A stretch of DNA of 64,000 nt. Source: Octopus vulgaris. Its lineage: Eukaryota. The stretch is from the NCBI GenBank assembly GCA_951406725.2, contig OX597815.1, forward strand, positions 121,520,001 through 121,584,000. Direction: 5' to 3'. The notes under the pieces were generated by a model. The model had not been told where the DNA came from and did not search any database. It was given only the letters and a program-made list of their open reading frames with translations. The position numbers and the translations under genes were made by a program. Positions 25,841 to 37,740 of the stretch are shown piece after piece. How positions within the stretch are numbered: the stretch's first letter is position 1; each line of letters opens with the position of its first letter.

Positions 25841-27486
25841 GAGTGTAGTAATTCATTGGTTTGTATAGGCAATACTGAAAACCATCTTTTATACTGTAAT
25901 TCTGGAGAAAATCAACCTGGCAGAATCCATTTCACTAGAAGTTTTACACACAGAATTCGAAAGCAGAACTTAAAAGCTAATGAAATAATTGTTCATTATA
26001 GCAGTTAGTTAGTGCAGTTATTCTTGCTGAGTCTCTTGGTCATTATTATTCTCCTAGACGAATTAGGGGACCATATTTTGCTCTTAAGTTTCAATTACAG
26101 TTTGATTTCTATGACTGGATGTCCTTCCTGACACCAACCCCTTTACATTGTGTGTTGGGTGCCTTTTATTGTGGCACCAGCATCTGAGCAAATAGCAGAT
26201 GAGAGAAAGAGGTGGGTAAACTGTGAAAGTGAATGATAGATGTTGATATCAAATATTTAGTCAGGAGTAGAGGTAGGGTGTATGGAATACATGAAGGTTT
26301 AATGAAGATCGCTTAAACTCTCTCACCATGGTGAGAGTTTCAGTGACAAGGAGGAGAGGGAAGGGTGAAGAGTGGGAGAGAATGCATGATAGGTCCCATG
26401 ATATTTGCAGTTTCTATGGAAGTAATGTATGGTGAACTAAATAGAACAACTGCTATTCGTATCCACATCAACATACAAATCAAATAGATGTCACCCACTT
26501 TGTGGAAATCTATAGTGGAGCTGACAGTGAAAGACACTTTCGGCAGAATTAAACTAAAGATGTGCATATATCTCTTAGTTATTGAAATTTCTTTTAGCTC
26601 TTATTCTATCAAAACATACTTTTCGTATGAATCTAATAAAAAAAATAAAATACTCTAGTATTGATATGAGTTATAATTTGCACATCAAAAACAATAAACT
26701 ATATTTTTCATTGCTTCATTCTGTCTATCACTAATATTTATTGCATTCACATCATCTTCTTATTCAGATAATCAGATATTTCACCATTGTGTATTTTTCA
26801 TGATCCACTGAATATATTTCATATCAACTCTGGCGGTAGTAAATTATGCCTCATTATCACATTGTTTTTCTGCTAGAATTTAGTGATTTACTGTGAAGAA
26901 TTTAGAAAGAGGTGAGACAGTTTCAATTCTAACATAAAATTTAGTATATGTTAAGCATAACTATTCTTTAAAATCTTAATACTGAATCAGTGACTGTATA
27001 GCAGATTCATTCCATAGGCATAGCTAACAGTGAAAATAAATATCACCACACTTCAGTACATTTTAACAACTGAGAGCTTATTCACTGTTTTATTAATAAC
27101 AATACTACACAGTGCTTCTTATCTCATGTATATAAATGATGTTTTTTTTCTTCTTCTCTACATTGAAATATTTCTTTGTTGTCATCTTTAATGCTTTTGT
27201 TTGTTTCGAAATACTTTTTACACATTCCTTTCTTTCCTGGGTCATTTCTTTTTTATGAATCTCAACTCACTGAAATTCAGGTTTGGACTTACTGAAAGTT
27301 GTTTGTTCTATTTCCTATATCTTATAGTGTTTCTTTACCATTTATAATCTGTTCTAATTTAAGTTGCAAGTGATATTCAATTTCCTCTATTCTGTAGATA
27401 TTATTCTCTCTTTCTCTCTCTCTCTTTCTTTCTCTCTCTCTCTCTCTCTCCTTCCTTCCTTCCTTTAAATTTTCAAATTACATAGA

Positions 27487-27825
27487 CATCATCATCATTT
27501 TAACATCTACTTTTCTATGCTTGCATGCATCAGACAGATAATCTGCCTCTATAAATTCTATCTGGATGTCCTTCCTGTTGCCAACCCTTATCTGTTCCCA
27601 ACCAAGTTAATAGTTTCCCATGGTCAGATATATTTTCCCCAGAAAATAGAAACAAATGACACTACTTGTGTGATGATACTTGCTTACAACTATTATACAA
27701 TGTCAACATGAGATGCAAGCAAAACACCTACATACATACAATGGGTTTCTTTTAGTTCTACCAATCCACTCAAAATCTTTGGTTAGCCCAAACCTATAGT
27801 AGAAGATGCTTACCCAGTGTGCCAA
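27487..27825 (-). mobile_element. SINE with family-A head and RTE-like tail
   Basis: CATCATCATTTTAACATCTACTTTTCTATGCTTGCATG..CTGGATGTCCTTCCTGTTGCCAACCC..TATAGTAGAAGATGCTTACCCA. Confidence 0.7.
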
Positions 27826-28429
27826 CTAATAGTTTCGAGTCTGTTATACAAATTCTTTAACTTTATTCTAGTGATACCTTGGTTATTGTCTTGAAAATTT
27901 TCGATTTTTAAAATTCAGATTTGTACTTCTTTGGTTCAAATTGAAAAGTGTTGAGACACTTTTTTTTTTAACTTGACATTTTTATATATAATCTCATTAA
28001 AGATTTCATTCAATACTTCAAATTCTGTACCCATCTACACCCAGGTGCATTTTTCTCTTCACAATATCCATGCATGTTTATTTATATTACTTCTCAGAAA
28101 TACATGAATGACAAAATATTCATTCAAACTTTTTTCAATGAAAATAAAAAAATTCTTCTGATGTGGTAGGTGGTTTTATGCATATTATCATAACAGAAAT
28201 TCTTAGAAAAGTTAAGCTTAGACTTGTCATGGACAACACAAAAGCCAGCATTCATTTCTGCTTATCACAACACTATCACAGCTGGTAAATGAATAGAAGG
28301 GTTGTTTTTGTTAGTCCTACCATTCATTAATAAATGATAAGATTAATAAAAGAACCTAATAAAAGAAACAATAGGACTTCTATAGTTCTTTCATTCATTA
28401 TTGAAGCAGTCCTGCAGACGACCTTGACA

Positions 28430-30369
28430 ATGAATATTAGCAACCTTGATATCACAGCTGTTGACATGCTCAACAACATTCTTCTCCAATGTATATGAAG
28501 GCTATGTGAATAGTATAAGGATTGAGGAGGGATGAAGGTTTCAAAGTCTGAGACGCAAATGACCTGATCATTTGTAACGCTAACTTTAGAAAACTGACTT
28601 TCTTATCAAGTTAGCATGCAAGCCAAATAAACTTTGTTCTATACTAATGAGATTAAAGGATAGACAGATAATTGTGAATACTTAGTCTTTCCCTGTTGAA
28701 GAGTTTGCCATTCGACATAAATTAGTGATTAGTATAAGTGAGAGATATACCCAGAGAGACCACACAACCTGAAGAAAGAATATGTGGAAGCTGAAAGCCC
28801 AGCTTCAGAGAGGTGCTACTAGTTGATACACTTGACAGGAGAGAGAAGATAAAGGTTTATAACATAGAAGACAACTCAGGGTTTCTGTAAGAATCTGTTG
28901 TAGGTTACAGGCTAAATTAGCAGTTGATGCAAAGTTCCAGTTACATAGTGGGGGTAATGTGGTGGAGGAATAGTCAAGTAGATAGAGCTATGAAAGCTAA
29001 GAGATAAGGCTGGAGAGACTGAAAAAAGATGGGGAACAAGGAACAATATCGAGTAGCTAAAAGAGAAGCTAGACATTACATATATTGAGCATGAGAAGCT
29101 AGAAAGCTAGCACATGTTCTGCAGTATGAGAATGAGAGGGATAACATGATTCATGTTTTCAGGTAGTATACCAGAGTGTGTCAAGGTGTCATTGGGAAAA
29201 GTGTGTACATGCTACACTAACACTGAAAAGAGGCATGGAAATCCCACTACAAGAGATTGTTGAATGAAGAGAATAGATCAGAGAAAGAGAGGAGAACCAA
29301 CTCAAGTAGACCCAAAAGTGGCTGTAGCTGTTGAAGTTGATTGATATGCTGTCAAAAGTACAATTAAGGATATAAAGATAGGGAAAGCAGTTGAATCATT
29401 AGTGATACTCACTGAGATATTGGAGATGTGTCATACAAGCTAGGTACAAGCCATCAGCAAAGTGTGTGTTAGCAATATGTTCAGCAAGGAACTTAATGTG
29501 CAAGTTGGTGTATATAGAGGCTCACTTTCAACCCTCTCCTGTTACTATAGACCTCTAGGTCATAAGAAAAGAATTTAAGATAGGCTGTCCACAGGAGTTC
29601 TTGCATGTTCATGACATAGTTTTCAATGGTGAATCAGTCAAACAACAGGAAATTCAAAACTTGGAAGTAGAAATTTAAAAATCCAGAGGATTCAAAGTAA
29701 ATTTAGTAATGACTAATTTGCAGGAGCCTGTTGCTGTTGAGGAACTGGCCATGCTCAGTATGTAAAAAAAGAGAGTAGGTAGGAATTCCATATGGAATAG
29801 TTAAAGTAAGCTTTGAGATGCACAAGAGATGTAGTGGGATTGCAGCCATGTTGATAGGGAAGACAGACTTTGTATGTAGCAGTAACAGTGCATGTGAAGT
29901 AAATACTCACAAAGGAAATGTCAAAGGACTACAACTGGTGGGAAAATGTTAAACTGGTGAAGGCCTACCCAATCAATACAAGTATGAAGAACAGATGAAA
30001 AACAATAAAGATAGTGGTGTTGGAATTAGGGATGTATATCTACATTTGAGTCTGTTTTCCCCCAGTACATTCATATTTTGTCTCCAACTGCTTGTTCTTA
30101 CTCTCTTTTCATTGCTCTCTCACTTATCCATCATCTTTCTCATATCACTGTACCTCTATTAGATGTGTCTCTCTCTCTCATCCTACTACCTATGTGACGT
30201 AGATAGCATCACATTGCACCTGTATGGTTTATTCAATCTGCTCTTTAATGTCATCCTTCTTTTGTTACTGGCCCCATCTCTGTCTCTTCCCTTACTCCCT
30301 CTCTTACCATTCATTATTGACAGCCGTCACTCAATCTTCTTATCATCATCATCCATCTTTACTGCTATT

Positions 30370-30402
<33 letters not shown>

Positions 30403-31150
30403 TTACTCTTAACCACTGATGACATCTATCACTCTTTCTCATTTCTATTAACCCTTTTCCAGCACCTTGTCTCCCACATCTCACTCCCCCCACTTCCATC
30501 ATGCCACAAATGCTGTTTCTATTCAATCATCTCACCAACATTAGTTATGAAGTTTTTCTCTCTCTCTCTCCTCTGTTAGTATCTCTTCTGTCACCATCTT
30601 ACCCTTATCACCCTGACTCTCCATTTTTACACTCTTCTTTCTTCCACTTATTCTGAACTGCTTTCAGTTTACTTTCTTTTACCACCCACTCATTTCATAT
30701 TGCTTCTATTCAATCTCCTTGCCAGTATCCATCTTCTAGCTTGTTCTGGCTCTTTCCACCCAGTCATGTCAGAAAGAGAGGAATGAACAAAGTCAACACA
30801 AAATAATGGATTCCTTTTAGTCCTGATAAGAATGAGGCAACTTCTTGGGTGCTAGTAAACAACTAAATGAAGAAAATGTTAGATAAAAAGGATTCTTTAG
30901 TCTTGTTGAAGACACAACAACCTCTCTAGTGCTGGTGCCACATATAAATTGAACCAAGTGCATTTTGTAATGTGGTTAGCAATAGAAAGGGCATTGAGCT
31001 ATAGAAACTTAGCTAAAAAATGGAATATGTAAGGGATATGGTTACTGCCCTAACTAGGAGGAGACTAATGTTAAGTAACAATTGACTTGGACTATGATAA
31101 AGTATCTAATCTATATCAACATGAAAAATTAGAAATAAACTGATGATGAT
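28430..31150 (+). mobile_element. heavily decayed RTE LINE: endonuclease/RT remnants, C/T-rich UTR and (GAT)n tail
   Basis: Remnants of VGVxxGSxxxPLLF (~29500-29545) and WPCSVCK..HKRCS..FVC (~29745-29880); tail TGATGATGATGAT at 31141. Confidence 0.6.
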
Positions 31151-32237
31151 GATAATATTAAGATAATCATTCTTTTTATGATATAATGGCATAATCGTAG
31201 AGCTCCAATATTCCATTTAATCTAAAAAATAATGTGTAAACTATTTTATATGATTCAAGAATGAAAATTTAATGTTTCTTTGGTGTAACAGTTATTTTAA
31301 ATAAGAAAATGAATAAAGAATATATTCAGAAATAGTTAGGAAATATATGGTGGAAAAAAAATCTATTTTCTAAGATATTTTTTAAAAGAATTTTCTTAAA
31401 ATTTACAAAATATAAAGAAAATTAGGTGATATGAGAACTGTTATATGTAAAGGTTACAATAAACTTGGTATCTATTAGCTTTTTCTTTTGTTGTTCTGTA
31501 TGTGTGTGTGTGTGTGTCTAAATTCTTATGTATCTTATGATATTTACAGTAAATCATTGATAAAGTCTGTATGAGAAAGAAACAGGCAATCAAAGTTCTA
31601 TATTTTCGTGAAATGAAGACTTTTTAAATGAGATGATCTCTTTTTAATGACATCAATGAACTAGGAAAAGAAATAAATCCTATGGCTACGGCAAATGGAA
31701 CAATGAAAGGGTCTTTTACATTTATAAAATAAAATTCCATTTTTTTTTACCTCAAGATTAGTTTTCTAAGAAGCATATAGTCAATAAAACCATTTAAATT
31801 GCTATCACCTATTGATTTTTCCACAGATGAAAAATATGCATATAAAACTTGCAATCTTTTTATTCTGCTACATGAGTTAAGTGATAAGAGAAATTGGGAA
31901 TAGTATAAGAATTTACTTAGCTTGAAATCTTTTAGAATTATGCAGTTGAATTTAGGCTATCTGTGACTCAGAAGCATTGGCTGTAATAATTTCAATTGTT
32001 TAATATCAATAAACTAATAGATTCAGATATGGGATCTCAATGAAAATCCCACCAGATTGATTGATATTTCTTCTTCTTCTTCTGCTATTTTGTTGCTACT
32101 TTCATTGAATGCATAAAGAATAATGTAATTTGGTCCGACATTTCAAAAGCATCATTAAGTATCATGTTTTAGAATAATATCATCTTGTCTCTTTAGATAA
32201 TATGTTTTTCTGTAATTTCTGAAAGCTTCCTTTGAAG

Positions 32238-32369
32238 TAATTACCTATCTGTCTCTCTGACGTAAGAAAGTTACAGACAATACCCTTTATATTCACACAC
32301 AACAATGCTGAGTGCAAAAATAAAGGGTATCCTATATAGCCTCCTATCTCAGAGACAGATAAGTAATTA
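32238..32369. mobile_element. small foldback/MITE-like hairpin (132 bp)
   Basis: Outer inverted repeat TAATTACCTATCTGTCTCT / AGAGACAGATAAGTAATTA; inner inverted repeat ATACCCTTTAT / ATAAAGGGTAT. Confidence 0.6.
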
Positions 32370-32877
32370 AGACTTAATATTAGAGCTTAGTTTAATGGCA
32401 TTGGAGAATAAGCGAAAGAAAATCATTGTGCATGATGACAGTCTTCAGCATAAGGCTGCATGTAATAGTTGCTGCAGCAGGTGTATCAGTTGGGTTTATG
32501 CAGATATGGAGTGCAAGTGACAAGTTCTGAAGTGGAGAGCCTATTTATTGTAGTAACAGTAGAAAATAGAGAGAGATACAGAGAGAATGTGGTAATAGAT
32601 TTTTTAGATAGAATTTTATTTATTTTATTTGTTTAGTTATTGAGGATTTATAAATCAGATAGAGGGCTTTAATGATCAGAAAGAAGTGTTGCATTTCTGA
32701 TGTTGATTCAATTCTCCATAATATATTTGGCCATAAAAAAATAGTAGTGCTTTCTCAGACTGAAATTCTTTAGTTGATAAAGGTTTAGCAATGTTTCCTA
32801 GGATCTTGAGAAAGAATCTTAATATAATGAATCTTAACAGATATTGCTCAGTATATATATGTATGCATGTGTATATA

Positions 32878-32913
<36 letters not shown>

Positions 32914-32948
32914 ATAATGTAGGTAGCCCATTAGCAATTAAAACCTAC

Positions 32949-33312
32949 AGGCAAATTTATAAACAAGGGTACAAACTAGTACCATTATTGCTAGAAACAA
33001 GAGCTAAAAAACGACTCTATTAGCCACAAAAAAGCACTTATCTTAATAAGCTGGTGAAAAAGAGGGAGTGAGAAAGCTACATACCATAGTGAGACAGGCT
33101 CACAAGTGAAGAAGCAGATATGTCCGTATCACGTGATTTCGAACTCTGATGCATTGCATCTCACTTCTTGTCTGGATCTTACTGCACTTAGGGTTAAGCA
33201 TAACTCGCCTCATCAACTCAACTTAAGATAAGTGCTTTTTGGTGACTAATTGAGTTGTTTTTTGACTCTTGTTTTTAGCAATGCTGGTACTATTTTGCAC
33301 CCTTGTTTTTAT
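32949..33312. repeat. diverged foldback element with ~95-bp inverted arms, near (TA)n tracts
   Basis: AAACAAGGGTACAAACTAGTACC...AAAAAGCACTTATCTTAA versus TTAAGATAAGTGCTTTTT...GGTACTATTTTGCACCCTTGTTT. Confidence 0.75.
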
Positions 33313-33385
33313 ATATATATATATATATATATATAAGGCGGTGCTCCAGCATGGCCACAGTCACATGACTGAAACAAGTAAAAGA

Positions 33386-33426
<41 letters not shown>

Positions 33427-33509
33427 GTAAAATGTAAAGCCAAAAAAGAAGCACACTCTAAGTTAAAGAGCAGTATATTATATAAATAAAGTTAGATAAG
33501 GCCAGTTTA

Positions 33510-33572
33510 TGGGATTACCCTGGGTTTCACGTCCATAAAGCGTTTAGCTTTATGGCATATCATCAGATCCCA
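33510..33572 (-). ncRNA. type I hammerhead ribozyme motif in the inverted pLTR
   Basis: Minus strand reads TGGGAT-CTGATGA-tatg-CCATAAAGC(taaac)GCTTTATGG-acgt-GAAA-CCCAGGG-TA-ATCCCA. Confidence 0.75.
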
Positions 33573-33845
33573 AACCTGTTGGCTTATGGCCTCTCTAGCA
33601 AGCGACCTCTCTAGAAAATGGAGGAGGAAAGGACCTTGCTACTCACTGTCAACAACAGGAGATTTTCTTATTTTGGCTATCGATCATAGGTGACCCTGCC
33701 AGCAGGAATTTCCTGAAATGCAAGCACAGTCCAAAGACTTCTGTTCTGGAGTTGAGGATGTTCCCTGGATCAAGAGAAACCTTTAGTATCCTTGCCTGTT
33801 CCATGATGCACATTTTACAACATATGGTCCCATTTATGTAAGGGT

Positions 33846-34712
33846 GTCTTTTAGCTGTACCTCCAATATTAAGAGCATTCTAGTTAGCACCCCTAGACCA
33901 CAAGCAGAGGTAGGATGCTCATGCAAGGACCACAACAAATGCTCAGTGAAAGGCCACTGTGAAGCCAAGGGAGCTGTCTATGAATTTAAGGTACTTGCTA
34001 ACCCTAACAGCAGCAGCAGCTTCCCCAACAGCTACTACAGTAGCAGGGTTGACAGCCACAGAGACATGAACAGAATCAGCGGCAACACCATTGCCAGTTA
34101 TAGCAACATCAACAGTTATAGCAACAATAACAACAGCAGTATCCCTAACGGAAATAGCAGCAGAGCCATCGCAGTGATATCTGTGACAATGCATCCATCA
34201 ACGATGATGACCATAACAACAGCAGCACCATTACCAACACCATTTGTAACGGCACCAACACCATTGCCACTACCAATGACACCAACATCAGTACCAACAA
34301 TGGCAGTAGCAGTAACGCCAACAGATGCAGCATCATCAATACCCGAGCATGGAGATATATCAGTTACTCCAGTAACATATTCAAGCAAAGCCTCTCCGAC
34401 CACAGATCCTCCTTCAGGATACCAGAAAGGAGATACATTACATCATTAGCCAGTCATGTATGGCAGCTGAAAGATGACAGGATTCCACACACAATATAAA
34501 AGGGAATCCTAGAAAATCCTGGCCCCTACATAAACGGGACCAAGCATTGTAAACTGTGCATAGTGGAACAGTTGAGGATACTAAAGGACTCCCTCAACCC
34601 GGGAAACATCCTTAACTCCAGAACGGAGATCTTTGGACTGTGCTTGAATTTCAGGAAATTCCTGCTGGCCTATTGGCACCCACAAGATAACAGGGTCACT
34701 TACAATCAATAG
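33846..34712 (+). pseudogene. PLE GIY-YIG endonuclease remnant (frameshift near 34165, internal stop near 34496)
   Basis: SFSCTSNIKSIL..CSCKDHNKCSVKGHCEAKGAVY [insert] WRYIS..FKQSLSDHRSSFR..TSLASHVWQLK..PYINGTKHCKLCIVE..ILNSRTEIFGLC..KFLL matches the PLE endonuclease pattern CxC..C..G.C..VY..YIG..H.SSF..PY..C.LC..E..LN.R.E. Confidence 0.88.
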
Positions 34713-34813
34713 CCAAAGGGAGATAATCCCTTGTTGACATTGGGTTGTGGTGTCCTTTCCTCCTCCATTTTCTAGAGAGGCCACTTGCTAGAGATGCCAT
34801 AAGCCAACAGGTT

Positions 34814-34876
34814 TGGGATCTGATGATATACCGTAAAGCTAAGCGCTTTATGGATGTGAAACCCAGGGTAATCCCA
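34814..34876 (+). ncRNA. type I hammerhead ribozyme motif in the 3' pLTR
   Basis: TGGGAT-CTGATGA-tata-CCGTAAAGC(taagc)GCTTTATGG-atgt-GAAA-CCCAGGG-TA-ATCCCA. Confidence 0.75.
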
Positions 34877-34897
34877 TAAATTGGCCTTATCTAACTT

Positions 34898-35135
34898 ATA
34901 TATATAGTATGTATGTATATAGTATGTATGTATGTGTGCGTATATTTATATGTATGTGTATATATATATGTGTGTGCGTGTATATATATATGTATGTATA
35001 TATATATGTGAGTGTATATATATATATATATATATGCATGTATATATATGTATGTATATTTATGTGTGTGTATATATATATGTATATATATATATACACT
35101 CACATATATATACATACATATATATACACATATAG
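34898..35135. repeat. compound (TA/TG/CA)n microsatellite
   Basis: Directly visible. Confidence 0.95.
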
Positions 35136-35159
35136 TAAGTATGCATGTATGACTTAATC

Positions 35160-35500
35160 CATTACTTTAACGTGAATGCATCCTACAAAATACTGCCTGG
35201 ATTTACCTGGAATTATACCTAAGGGCCTTTACCTTCACAGGAGTACAGACCAACCTCCACGCCCTCTGTGAAAAAGATGAACTGTAAACTTTATTCTCCT
35301 GTCTGTATTCTTCTATCTACTTTTACTATTTAATCTTCAATTTTATTCTTTATAATCTGTGAATTTCCCTGTCTAGAACTTTCATACATACCCACCTTCT
35401 CTTTGATGACAATACCCACTGCACGGATATGCTAATCAACCACTTAGGTTATCCCAGAAACAGCTGTAAAACTTCAAATTCAGCTTAGCCTAATTAAATT
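35160..35500 (+). mobile_element. probable 3' end of a second PLE family with a degenerate hammerhead (~35398-35470)
   Basis: GGAATTATACCTAAGGGCCTT (GIIPKGL, like the PLE C-terminal PxGLN), then TTGATGA...GGATATGCTAA..TTAGGTTATCC..GAAA-CAGCTG-TA. Confidence 0.45.
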
Positions 35501-36039
35501 ATTCTAAATGACCTGAGATGCTCATCCTGCCTTGGTTTTTGTTGTCCTTAACAACTTTAAATAGAAGCAAGAAGAAAACAGAAAGCATAGAAGAATCAAT
35601 AATTAAATTGGATTTTAGAATAGTTGCCTTTAAGTATAGGAAAATAAAAGTCTTGAAGCAAAAAGCAAAAGTTCCTTGAGTATGATGGGCAGGAAAGAAA
35701 GGAAATGCCTTTCATGTAAGGCACCTCTTCATTAGAAAATAAGAACCAGTGACAAATCTATAAATAAGAGAATAGTTGGTAGGGGAGGGTCATTAACATC
35801 TGGATCAGAGGAAAGCGAAAGAGGGAGCAAGAAAGATAGATAATGATGGGAGAGAGCAAAACAAAGAAGAGAAAATGCCTATGAATAATGGTGAATAGAA
35901 AAACCCTGGCTCTCAAGGTGGGTAAGTGGAAACTATTAGCAGGGCAAAGTGAAAATGAAAGAAGATAGAAAAAAAAGGGAGAATTAGCACTACAGCAAAG
36001 CAAGTACATTAAGCTTTTACTTTGTGGAAGGGTTTAATT

Positions 36040-36260
36040 GCTAAAAAGCATTCAAGCCAACAATATCCAGCCAAAACATTCTATCTGCTTTATGTTCAAA
36101 CTGGATAGATCTGGCTCCTTGCACCTATCCTGTAATGTCATTGTAAAAATAAACAATCACATCACCAAAATCTTGAAGCTATGAGATTATGTATGATTAA
36201 TTCAAAACAATGTAAATAAATATTACATTTGACAGAATAATTCAAATGCTAAAGGGTTAA
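36040..36260. mobile_element. TTAA-ended (piggyBac-like) MITE
   Basis: Ends AATGCTAAAGGGTTAA; inverted homolog of 58261-58380 plus 58650-58737. Confidence 0.6.
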
Positions 36261-36304
36261 CAAGTCTATTTTCCCATTGATTTCCATAATATTAATTTAT
36301 TCTT

Positions 36305-36640
36305 TTTTTTATTTGTTTGTCATTTGACTGCAGCCATATTGGAGCATCGCCTTTAGTTGAACAAATCAACCCCAGGGCTTATTCTTTGTAAGCCTAGTAC
36401 TTATTCTATCGGTCTGGCAAGTGATGGTGGTGGTTGCTGGACAAACATAGACACAGATGCATATATATATATATATATATGACTGGCTTCTTTGAGTTTC
36501 TGTCTACGAAATCCATTCATAAGGCTTTGGTTGGCCTGAGGCTATAGTAGAAGATATTTGCCCAAGGTGCCATGCAGTGAGACTGAATTTGGAATCATGT
36601 GGTTGGGAAGCAAGCTTCTTACCACACAGCCTCTCCTGCA
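36305..36640 (-). mobile_element. SINE family A
   Basis: GTCATTTGACTGCAGCCATATTGGAGCA...TTGCCCAAGGTGCCATGCAGTG..CTTCTTACCACACAGCC. Confidence 0.88.
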
Positions 36641-36699
36641 CCTAAATATGCTTCTGTGAAATTTTTCCCCAAAAAAGGTAAAAAATGGAAGTTGAGTTA

Positions 36700-37065
36700 C
36701 AGGTGCAAACTTGGTTCTGTGGTTAAGAATCTTGCCTTGCAACCATGTCACTTTCGGTTCAGTTCCACTGCATAGTACTGAGAATGAAGTGTCTTGTACT
36801 ATGGTCTCGGACCAGCAAACTCTTATGCATGAATTTAGTAGATGGAAACTGTGTGAAAGCCTGTTGAGTGTTTGTCCTCCACCACCACTCGGCAACCAGT
36901 ATTGGTTTGTTCATATCCCCATAACTTAGCAGTTTTAGCAAAAGGTTAATAGAATGAGTACCTAACTTAAAAGTAAGCACTGGAGGTGATTTGTTCAATT
37001 GAACCCTTCAAGATGGTGCTCCAGCATGTCTGCAATCCAATGCCTGAAACAAGTAAAAGATAAAA
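36700..37065 (+). mobile_element. SINE family A
   Basis: GTGGTTAAGAATCTTGCC..GGTTCAGTTCCACTG...GATGGTGCTCCAGCATG..TGAAACAAGTAAAAGATAAAAG. Confidence 0.85.
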
Positions 37066-37214
37066 GAAGTAAAATATTCATTTTTCAATACATAGAGAAT
37101 ATATAAAATCATGAGAAAAAATATGCTCTTAGGGAAAAATATGAATACATTTTTAGCCTTCACTTTAATCACTAATATGCTTATCTGCACATTACGTCCT
37201 TTCTCATCTTTGAT

Positions 37215-37521
37215 CTACACACTCAGTTCTTTATTATGCGGCTCATCAGACCTATGAAGAAACACACAAAACAATGTTAGAATAGTTAATAGAGCAGCTG
37301 CTTGAGCACTTGACCTAATTTTATCTTTATTGCCATATCTTGTTTCCACTGTTGACAATACAAGCTTTAATGAGATTTTTGTTTTGTTTTGTAATATGAC
37401 TGAGTTCTCTTGTATCAAACTTTTGTAAAACATCAAGCTGAAGATCCAACATGATCCATTTACAAGTTCTTTTTATATTACTGCCTTTATTTTCACTTGA
37501 TGGCCTCTTTCCAGTCATCAT
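37215..37521 (-). pseudogene. Tigger/pogo-type transposase N-terminal CENP-B HTH remnant (frameshifted)
   Basis: MTGKRPSS..KRTCKWIMLDLQLDVLQKFD..E joined to ISLKLVLSTVETRYGNKDKIRSSA fits KRK.ITLE.KL.VI..FE.GE...L..STV.TI.KNK.KI. Confidence 0.6.
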
Positions 37522-37740
37522 AAGGGTAATGTACTATTCTATACTATACTGTGTATTTGGTAGTAGAAAATAAAAGATACACACAATGGTAGTGGTAGAT
37601 AAGAAATCAATGCAGTGGTAGTGAGGGGTGTATATTATTCCTTCAAAAGAATACTTTTCTAATACAAATTTAGTGATACAGGTTTCAAAATTTTTTTAAT
37701 TTACCAAAGTAAGAGCAAAATTATGAGCTTTTTCTTAAAA

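Larger units (their letters stand above)
33421..34897 (+). mobile_element. 5'-truncated Penelope-like retroelement with inverted pLTR, inserted in (TA)n
   Basis: Inverted arms 33489-33845 and 34522-34897, GIY-YIG coding remnant, and a hammerhead in both arms. Confidence 0.9.

Noticed and set aside
30163-30579. Hydrophobic Leu/Ser-rich ORF resembling a membrane protein (also 22093-22558)
   Set aside because: By-product of C/T-rich low-complexity LINE UTR sequence.
33844-34449. 201-aa ORF read as a mucin-like (Thr/Pro-rich) gene
   Set aside because: The Thr/Pro-rich half is the off-frame reading after a frameshift in a Penelope GIY-YIG remnant.
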